Source: a virus (Duplodnaviria; Heunggongvirae; Uroviricota; Caudoviricetes). Taken from it: a DNA stretch of 6,524 nt. Positions 1-5,111 of the stretch are shown here, in pieces. The DNA is taken from the IMG/VR virus record IMGVR_UViG_2703718859_000008. One strand, written 5' to 3'. Within the stretch, counting starts at the first letter, position 1. Each line of letters opens with the position of its first letter. The notes below the pieces were generated by a model. It saw only the letters and a program-made list of their open reading frames with translations. It made no database searches and was not told the origin of the DNA. The position numbers were made by a program, and so were the translations under genes.

Positions 1-213
1 TACCTGTTCCGCTTCGGCAATCTCCCGTTCTGTCAGCGTGGCAAAGTTTGCCGCCGCTGTGGTCATGAATGCGCTTATCAGTTCGGGATGCTCCTTCGCG
101 TATCCTTCCCCCGCGTGGCGGTCTATCGTTCTGATTGCCACCTTTAAAGCGTGCTCTGTCATGTCTAACGCTTTATATTTTGGCTGTGTTCTGTCTTTGC
201 GTTTTTGTGTCAT
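1..213 (-). CDS. hypothetical protein, 3' end truncated by window edge (N-terminus MTQKRKDRTQPKYKALDMTEHALKVAIRTIDRHAGEGYAKEHPELISAFMTTAAANFATLTEREIAEAEQV...)
   Basis: Not in the supplied ORF track because it has no in-window stop. Hand translation of the minus strand from ATG at 213..211 gives 71 sense codons to position 1 with no stop. GGGGAG Shine-Dalgarno-like motif lies about 5 nt upstream of the ATG (plus 214-225). Same strand as the upstream helicase gene. Confidence 0.4.
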   Translation of the reverse strand, partial: MTQKRKDRTQPKYKALDMTEHALKVAIRTIDRHAGEGYAKEHPELISAFMTTAAANFATLTEREIAEAEQV

Positions 214-225
214 CTCCCCACCTAT

Positions 226-417
226 ACCCACTTTTACTCCCCACTTTTCACAATTCCCCATCTCGTTAAAGGCGTGGGATTTGTAATTTTTATCATACTG
301 TTTCATAAGGATTTTTTTGCTCCCCACTTTTTGGGATGTATACAGGTCAAAAAGTGGGGGATCGTGTTTAAATTTTGTTAAATTCCCCATGCCCACCACT
401 TTTGCCCCCCACTTTTT
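226..417. repeat. iteron-like repeat cluster, putative replication origin
   Basis: Five direct copies of CCCCACTTTT or its CCACTTTT core at about 227-235, 239-248, 322-331, 396-403 and 407-416, plus one inverted copy (AAAAAGTGGGGG at 349-360). AT-rich spacers at about 281-320 and 361-390. The cluster lies immediately 3' of the helicase gene stop (416-418). Confidence 0.5.
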
Positions 418-1825
418 ACAGTGGCCCTACATCATCGCCGTCAACATAGATAACGCCGTCTTTTTCCAGCTTGCCCAGCCAGCGCCGGAAGTGCTTTATT
501 TCGTACCCCAGTTTTTTCATGTCATCACGTAACAGCGGGATCGTGCACTTGTCGCCGTTCTGTGTGCGTGAACGGATACACCCCCATAGCGCGGTATGGT
601 TTTCCGTCTTGTTGCCTGCCTCTTCGATGCGCTCCAGTTCAACGGGAGGGCGCGGCTTATCCACCACCACCAGCGACGTGATTAACTCCCCGTCAGCGTC
701 GGTAAAAAGCTCCACCACCCGCAAATCATAGGCAGCCTCTTTGAGTTCCTCCGCGTCCTTCATTTTGGTGCATGAGATAACCAGCGCTTCGCTTCCTGCG
801 TCCTCCCTGCGTATCCGGTATTCAGCATCCAGCGAAGCACGAAATGCACTGGAACCGCGCGCGCCTTTCGTCTCATCCTTGCCGGAATGGTGAACCACCA
901 GCACCGTGGCCCCTGTGCGTCGTTTCAGTTCGTCACAACCACGGATAAACGCCCCCATATCACGGGAATCATTTTCATCATTGCCACCAAAGCAACGCGC
1001 CAGAGTATCAAGAATAATCATGCGTACAGGTTTACCCGTTTCCCGCTCCACCTGACGGGCAGCGATAACCATTTCATCAACATCAAGCGGGACAGCCGGA
1101 AAGATGGGACGGTTTACCAGATACAGATTTTTCACCTGCTCACCGTGCACAACCTCCCAGGCTTTTACACGACGCGGAACGCCGATACCGCCTTCACCAA
1201 CCACATAGAGAACAGCGCCATGCGCCACCCTGCGGCCTCCCCACTGGCGGCCCGTGGAAACGTGACACGCCCACGATCCGGCAAGGAATGATTTATAGGA
1301 ACCGCTCGCCCCGTATATGCTGCAAAGCGACGATGCCGGAATAATCCCCTTTACCACGTAATCTAATTGCGTGTCGTATCCGGTAGATCCAACGCTCATC
1401 GGTAGCGTGGTTTTTCGCTGGGGGATTTTTTTCATGACCAGGCTTTCCCCGCGTTCCCATGCCTCCCTAAGCCGTGGAAGCTGGTCGCTCCATTCCTCCA
1501 GCAATTCGAAATTTTCAGAAAGTAGCCGCGCCTCCTGGACTCCGGCGATCGCCAGTTTCGTGGCGATGGTTAACAGCTGCGGCTCTTCAATATTTCCGGC
1601 GCGTATCACCGTCGCCCTGTATCGCCCATCATCAACAATCTGGAGGTTATCCAGTTCGCTTAACTGATAACGCCCCAGATAAACGGGAGGGACTGGATCT
1701 CCTGCTTTTTTTGCCTGTGCAATGATGTAATGCTCTGCGAATGAATGAGCATCAATACCCGCAAAAATAATCGCATCGGTGTATTTATCTTTCGGTAATC
1801 GTTTTACGTTCGGTGCCAGTTTCAT
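416..1825 (-). CDS. replication-associated RecA-fold ATPase/helicase (AAA_25/RepA-like) with C-terminal winged-helix-like segment
   Basis: 469-aa ORF. Walker A-like GASGSYKS, Walker B-like hydrophobic stretch ending in D (MIILDT), and VHHSGKD motif typical of RecA-like replicative helicases. AGGAG Shine-Dalgarno 6 nt upstream of the ATG. ATGA start/stop overlap with the upstream 99-aa gene. N-terminal ~150 aa not recognised. Confidence 0.75.
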   Translation of the reverse strand: MKLAPNVKRLPKDKYTDAIIFAGIDAHSFAEHYIIAQAKKAGDPVPPVYLGRYQLSELDNLQIVDDGRYRATVIRAGNIEEPQLLTIATKLAIAGVQEARLLSENFELLEEWSDQLPRLREAWERGESLVMKKIPQRKTTLPMSVGSTGYDTQLDYVVKGIIPASSLCSIYGASGSYKSFLAGSWACHVSTGRQWGGRRVAHGAVLYVVGEGGIGVPRRVKAWEVVHGEQVKNLYLVNRPIFPAVPLDVDEMVIAARQVERETGKPVRMIILDTLARCFGGNDENDSRDMGAFIRGCDELKRRTGATVLVVHHSGKDETKGARGSSAFRASLDAEYRIRREDAGSEALVISCTKMKDAEELKEAAYDLRVVELFTDADGELITSLVVVDKPRPPVELERIEEAGNKTENHTALWGCIRSRTQNGDKCTIPLLRDDMKKLGYEIKHFRRWLGKLEKDGVIYVDGDDVGPL

Positions 1826-2121
1826 TTTTTACTCCTGAATCCGTTAATCATGGTTTTCAGCTTCTGGATGTTTGCCCGTGCCCTGGCGTTGCTGGTGGGC
1901 ACGTTATGCGGCGCGGTCTGTACCAGAGAAAAATCACGCCGGAACTGATAAACAGGCATCACGCAATCATATTCGTAACCTTCACGGCGGTAAGTTACGC
2001 ACCGTCCCGCCACGCCCTTAATCATTACCGTGCCGCCGTACTGGTCGCGGTAAATATCACCGCGCGTAAATTTAGGGTGAGTGTTGCCACTGGCAGTTAA
2101 GCCAGAATATTTAAGTTTCAT
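1822..2121 (-). CDS. hypothetical small protein (99 aa)
   Basis: ORF with GGAGA Shine-Dalgarno-like motif about 10 nt upstream of the ATG. Stop overlaps the helicase start (ATGA). Sits in a same-strand overlapping gene chain. No recognisable motif. Confidence 0.55.
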   Translation of the reverse strand: MKLKYSGLTASGNTHPKFTRGDIYRDQYGGTVMIKGVAGRCVTYRREGYEYDCVMPVYQFRRDFSLVQTAPHNVPTSNARARANIQKLKTMINGFRSKK

Positions 2122-2126
2122 TATTT

Positions 2127-2360
2127 TTATTCTCCGGTGTGCTGTTCGTTATATCTGTCGTGCAATGTCTCTATTTCCTGCAACTCATTTATTACAGGCT
2201 CAAGAAGCGTTATTAATGCCGTGACAATTCTTGATTTTTGTTTGTCGCGTTCATTGTCGCCAAGTGTTTCAAGCCATATGCGCAATATTTCCAGCATGTT
2301 TTCACTGTGAGAAAGTGCAAGAAATACGCGTTCTGTTGTTTCGTGGTAAATATCACGCAT
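2127..2360 (-). CDS. hypothetical small protein (77 aa)
   Basis: ORF with GAGGATG Shine-Dalgarno-like motif 7-8 nt upstream. Start overlaps the end of the upstream gene by 8 nt. Predicted helical, acidic. No recognisable motif. Confidence 0.55.
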   Translation of the reverse strand: MRDIYHETTERVFLALSHSENMLEILRIWLETLGDNERDKQKSRIVTALITLLEPVINELQEIETLHDRYNEQHTGE

Positions 2361-2586
2361 GGCTTACATCCTCAGGAAATTTTCTTCTGTAACGCGCCTC
2401 TGCCACATATTCCGCATAATCGGCGGCGATATTCAGTACATCAAGCCCCGTTGATTTATATTCTCTCGTGGAAAGTAAGAAAAAAGCCGCTCTAATAAGT
2501 TCTGGCATTGACGAAAGCGCATCAGCCGCATCATCAGGAACGCCGGAAAATTCCTGTTTCAGGGAATTAAAACGATCATCACGCAT
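2353..2586 (-). CDS. hypothetical small protein (77 aa from ATG at 2586; ORF track extends to 2613)
   Basis: The ATG at 2586..2584 overlaps the stop of the upstream 79-aa gene in an ATGcgTGA arrangement, suggesting translational coupling. The upstream ATG at 2613 would lie deep inside the preceding gene. Confidence 0.45.
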   Translation of the reverse strand: MRDDRFNSLKQEFSGVPDDAADALSSMPELIRAAFFLLSTREYKSTGLDVLNIAADYAEYVAEARYRRKFPEDVSHA

Positions 2587-2818
2587 AACCCCCCCCATTT
2601 TCACAATCAGCAATCAGGATAGCTTTGGCCTCATTCAGCGCCATATCAGCACTAAGTTGCATAACCGCCAGCGAATGAGGGACGAAAGTCCCGGCATATT
2701 CTGTTTCACTGGTGGCGTGCTTATGTGCCCTGTCCGCGATAACAGAAATATCAATCAGCGCGTGCATCAGCGTTTTGATGGCTTCGGCGGCTGCGTCCGG
2801 TGTGGTTTTATTGTGCAT
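2579..2818 (-). CDS. hypothetical small protein (79 aa, MHNKTTPDAAAEAIKTLMHALIDISVIADRAHK...)
   Basis: C-terminal part of the 228-aa track ORF. The portion upstream of the ATG at 2818..2816 is Pro/Arg/Leu-rich and looks like off-frame translation. AGGGGGA Shine-Dalgarno about 6 nt upstream of this ATG. Confidence 0.45.
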   Translation of the reverse strand: MHNKTTPDAAAEAIKTLMHALIDISVIADRAHKHATSETEYAGTFVPHSLAVMQLSADMALNEAKAILIADCENGGGYA

Positions 2819-3368
2819 AGGTTTCCCCCTGGCGAATACGGGCGGCAAATACAGCAACACAACCGGACGGGCAACGGCTACGCGCTTCGCGTTCCGTCCA
2901 GGCGGTGACGTGGATGATTTGATGGTCTGACGCGCCAAAGATGATAAAGCGCCAGAGAAAGGCGGTTTGAGAATGTACAAGGGTAGGGATAGTAGCCATG
3001 TTGGCAGCCTCCTCAGTGTGGTTAAGATAACCGCCACCGGAAACGCCAATTTCGCTGGTGGCGGACTGTACAGGGTTGGCGTAACCGGACACTGAAGAAA
3101 CCGGCGCGGATTGCTCCGCCCCCGTACAGCCCACCATTGATAAGGTGTGACTATGCGGCACAAAAAAACACGCGGGGCGCGTGTTATGCGCTTCAGTTTT
3201 GCCCAGGACGCCAATCCCGGCACCCGTTTTATGAGGTGCGCGGGAATCATAGCTATTTTCGACACTGGCGATCAACTGGTTTTTTTCTCCGATATTCAGG
3301 GCCAGAAAACGCCACACAAAGGCCGTTTGTGTGTGTACAAGGTGTGGTATATGATTTACGGCAACCAT
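2808..3368 (-). CDS. hypothetical protein with two paralogous small modules (IPxLVHxQTAFxWRF motif twice) joined by a Gly/Ser/Ala-rich linker; possible in-frame internal start at 2999
   Basis: 186-aa ORF, first gene after the repeat-bearing intergenic region. GAGGAG Shine-Dalgarno 6 nt upstream of ATG 3368. A second in-frame ATG at 2999..2997 is preceded by GAGGAGG and begins the second copy of the motif. Differences between copies fall largely at third codon positions, consistent with protein-level conservation. Confidence 0.5.
   Translation of the reverse strand: MVAVNHIPHLVHTQTAFVWRFLALNIGEKNQLIASVENSYDSRAPHKTGAGIGVLGKTEAHNTRPACFFVPHSHTLSMVGCTGAEQSAPVSSVSGYANPVQSATSEIGVSGGGYLNHTEEAANMATIPTLVHSQTAFLWRFIIFGASDHQIIHVTAWTEREARSRCPSGCVAVFAARIRQGETYAQ
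3161..3184 (-). terminator. intrinsic-terminator-like hairpin plus T7 tract inside the coding region of the 186-aa ORF
   Basis: On the minus strand, 8-bp stem AACACGCG/CGCGTGTT with a 3-nt loop, followed by a run of T (plus-strand A7 at 3161-3167). In frame it encodes NTRPACFF. Confidence 0.3.
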
Positions 3369-3439
3369 AACGGCTCCTCGTTTACGTTGTTGGTTAGAAG
3401 CCCCGTTACTGCTCCTACAGTGCGGGGTTTCGTCTTTTC

Positions 3440-3545
3440 GTACATGAGATACACATAATCATCATGTGAGATACACGTTACATTGATGTGATATACATTT
3501 CAAGTTTTTTATATCTCACTTTACTGTATAGTGATATACACACAA
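3440..3545. promoter_or_regulatory. divergent promoter/operator region with phased GTGA(G/T)ATACAC repeats
   Basis: Direct copies at about 3445-3455 (TGAGATACACA), 3466-3476 (GTGAGATACAC), 3488-3498 (GTGATATACAT) and 3531-3543 (GTGATATACACAC), spaced about 21-22 bp or twice that. One inverted copy at 3511-3520 (ATATCTCACT). Lies between the start of the minus-strand operon (3368) and the plus-strand 100-aa gene (3563); AT-rich. Confidence 0.5.
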
Positions 3546-3562
3546 TAAACTGGTGATTAATT

Positions 3563-3865
3563 ATGTCCGTATACAAAAACGCAAAATCTCAAATGACAAC
3601 GCTCAGAGTCCCTCACGATGTCATGCAAGGCATGGAATCCGTTAAGCTGGACGGCGAGAGCAATGCAGGATTTATCGTAACCGCCATGCGCGGAGAAATA
3701 GCACGCCGCCAGGCAGAAGGCAGCGGAGAAAATCCCCTTGTGTCTTCACTGGATGCTCTGGCTAAGGTCGAACAAATCGGCATCAAAGCAGCGGAAGAAA
3801 TCGGGCAACTTGTCACCGTTGCACGCGAAGAACTCCAGCGTCGCAAGGCCAAAGAAGCGGAATAA
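3563..3865 (+). CDS. small putative DNA-binding regulator (100 aa; possible ribbon-helix-helix-like N-terminus), function unconfirmed
   Basis: Only convincing plus-strand ORF. GGTGA about 8 nt upstream of the ATG. N-terminal MTTLRVPHDV segment followed by predicted helices resembles a beta-strand-then-helix DNA-binding fold. Charged helical C-terminus. Followed by a plus-strand terminator. Confidence 0.5.
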   Translation: MSVYKNAKSQMTTLRVPHDVMQGMESVKLDGESNAGFIVTAMRGEIARRQAEGSGENPLVSSLDALAKVEQIGIKAAEEIGQLVTVAREELQRRKAKEAE

Positions 3866-3943
3866 TCCACCAGCAAACCACCACACTGATCACATTGCCC
3901 ACCAGCCAGCAAATCGCTATGATGTTCGGGCTTATGTTTAGTG

Positions 3944-3972
3944 TTTTCCCATTGGCGACCGCCCCCGGTCGC
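3944..3972 (+). terminator. rho-independent terminator for the 100-aa gene
   Basis: Stem GGCGACC (3944-3950), loop GCCCCC, stem GGTCGCC (3957-3963), followed by TTTGTTTTAT. Located between convergent genes (100-aa gene on plus, alpA-like gene on minus). Confidence 0.55.
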
Positions 3973-4000
3973 CTTTGTTTTATGTGTCATATGCTCCCCT

Positions 4001-4225
4001 TTACGCTGCCTTACCTGAATTAATGCGATCCCGGCTTTTAACCCATTCCATAACCTCGGACAGCAGCCAACCTACAGAACGACCGCCCAGATTAAGGCGT
4101 GACGGAAATCGCCCTTTTTTCTCCAGTTCGTAGCGTGTAGTACGACATACTCCAGTTAACTTACGACATTCATCCTCACGGATTACGCGATCTGATAGTG
4201 ATTGAAATTGTGTATTTTGATTCAT
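4001..4225 (-). CDS. alpA: AlpA-family (Phage_AlpA / excisionase-like HTH) transcriptional regulator
   Basis: 74-aa ORF. The segment CRKLTGVCRTTRYELEKKGRFPSRLNLGGRSVGWLLSEVMEWVKSR matches the conserved AlpA pattern (HTH, FP, LGxRSVGW, EW..R) as recalled from memory. Position near a P4-type integrase is typical. Confidence 0.8.
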   Translation of the reverse strand: MNQNTQFQSLSDRVIREDECRKLTGVCRTTRYELEKKGRFPSRLNLGGRSVGWLLSEVMEWVKSRDRINSGKAA

Positions 4226-4260
4226 AAAAAAACGTCCTCGAACGTTGCCGAACGAGGACG
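4226..4260 (-). terminator. intrinsic terminator after the int/264-aa transcript; hairpin also sequesters the alpA Shine-Dalgarno
   Basis: Minus strand reads CGTCCTCG-TTCGGCAACGTT-CGAGGACG followed by TTTTTTT and then immediately the alpA ATG. The inner part can extend the stem around a GCAA tetraloop. The only Shine-Dalgarno-like sequence for alpA (GAGGA, about 9 nt upstream) is the 3' arm of the stem. Confidence 0.55.
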
Positions 4261-4287
4261 ATTCTAGACGGTGGTAAAACGCCGTTT

Positions 4288-4320
4288 GTGTGATATCACA
4301 CTATCGGTACGTGATATCAC
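4288..4320. promoter_or_regulatory. pair of palindromic operator-like sites (GTGTGATATCACAC and GTGATATCAC)
   Basis: Perfect 14-bp palindrome at 4288-4301 and perfect 10-bp palindrome at 4311-4320, centres about 21 bp apart. The second overlaps the stop codon of the 264-aa gene. Core resembles the repeats at 3445-3543. Confidence 0.5.
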
Positions 4321-5111
4321 TTTTGACGTTTCGGAACGTCACCAATATCACGCCCCAAATATTTCTGCCATGTCTGCCTGTGAGTGCTGGGTAGCTCAAC
4401 CCCTCTTTGCGCAGCGATAACCTCTATCATTTCTGCAATTTTGGTTACTGGTGTCTCCTCCAAATCCACATCCTGCATCTCAGGAATCAGTTTTATGAGT
4501 GCAGGTATTATCTCGGCTTTTTTAGCTATGGTTTTCGGAGATTCTCTATCACCTCCGCCATATACAGGTTTTGCCGCATAATCAAAATTCGAAAGTTCAT
4601 TTTCGAAAACGACTAATCTTTCCTCCGGAATAAACAACCCCCAAATTCCAGCTAAATATAGCTTTTTGTAATGTGCTTTTATGGTGTAAAGATGTTGTGG
4701 TTTGACGTCAACAGCATTGTGCGGACCTGATAATTCAACATCCACAAGATACTGCGACGGAATTGCAAAAAAACCCTTTAAATAATTTGCATACCAACCT
4801 GGCAGTCTGAATATCCCTGTGTCGGTATCCTCAACATAATCATCATTGTAATGAAGATAAGATATCTTATACATATCACTATCTATTACATTTCGTTCTT
4901 TTATCTGTTCAACATAATAACTTTCGCTATCATCTTCAAAAATCACTCTAGCAGAGCACTTATTCTCACTTATTAATAAGTCGTTTTCACCAATATATGC
5001 ACATATTTCAAGTCTATTGGTTGCCCCAAGATGTAGAATATCATCCACCGTGCAGCCGAGTTTTTTTGCTGCCATAGGCAAAGTATAATATACACGAGGA
5101 AAATCTTTCAT
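4317..5111 (-). CDS. uncharacterised 264-aa protein with N-terminal HTH-like segment (excisionase/AlpA-like HTH_17 pattern) and unknown C-terminal domain; AT-rich cargo gene
   Basis: AAGGTGG Shine-Dalgarno 6-7 nt upstream. ATG overlaps the integrase stop (ATGA). N-terminal YYTLPMAAKKLGCTVDDILHLGATNRLEI resembles a helix-turn-helix. Region about 4400-5100 is visibly more AT-rich than the rest of the window. Confidence 0.7.
   Translation of the reverse strand: MKDFPRVYYTLPMAAKKLGCTVDDILHLGATNRLEICAYIGENDLLISENKCSARVIFEDDSESYYVEQIKERNVIDSDMYKISYLHYNDDYVEDTDTGIFRLPGWYANYLKGFFAIPSQYLVDVELSGPHNAVDVKPQHLYTIKAHYKKLYLAGIWGLFIPEERLVVFENELSNFDYAAKPVYGGGDRESPKTIAKKAEIIPALIKLIPEMQDVDLEETPVTKIAEMIEVIAAQRGVELPSTHRQTWQKYLGRDIGDVPKRQK

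Noticed and set aside
38-2100. Plus-strand track ORFs 38..286, 317..532, 471..731, 887..1291, 1371..1667, 1474..1725 and 1813..2100
   Set aside because: All lie antisense to the left-edge ORF, the iteron region or the helicase and small-gene chain. They lack ribosome-binding sites and have compositions typical of spurious antisense frames.
3161-3167. Programmed +1 frameshift at the T7 tract joining the 186-aa frame to the 228-aa frame
   Set aside because: The downstream sequence in the alternative frame is junk-like for about 100 codons. A homopolymer alone is not evidence of recoding.
2579-3265. 228-aa minus-strand ORF overlapping the 186-aa ORF in another frame
   Set aside because: The N-terminal ~150 residues are Pro/Arg/Leu-rich and look like off-frame translation. 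Only the C-terminal 79 aa, from an ATG with a good Shine-Dalgarno at 2818, look genuine and are reported as a separate gene.
2940-3368. P4-style RNA immunity (seqA/seqB/seqC-like repeated sequences) as the explanation for the two similar segments
   Set aside because: Differences between the copies concentrate at third codon positions while the amino acids are conserved. That points to paralogous protein-coding modules rather than RNA-RNA complementarity; no antisense-complementary partner was seen.
3398-3428. Hairpin CCCCG...CGGGG in the 5' leader of the operon as a terminator
   Set aside because: On the minus (operon) strand it is not followed by a U-tract. A T-rich run follows only on the plus strand, where no gene precedes it. 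At most it is a leader structure.
2238-3458. Plus-strand track ORFs 2238..2495, 2468..2908, 2712..2930, 3137..3370 and 3147..3458
   Set aside because: Antisense to the tightly coupled minus-strand operon, with Cys/Arg/His-rich junk-like translations and no start signals.
3738-3941. Plus-strand 67-aa ORF overlapping the 3' end of the 100-aa gene
   Set aside because: Out-of-frame overlap with the 100-aa gene, no ribosome-binding site, and a low-complexity basic sequence.
3613-3990. 125-aa minus-strand ORF antisense to the 100-aa gene
   Set aside because: Ser/Arg/Ala-rich low-complexity translation with no ribosome-binding site, fully overlapping a better-supported plus-strand gene and its terminator.
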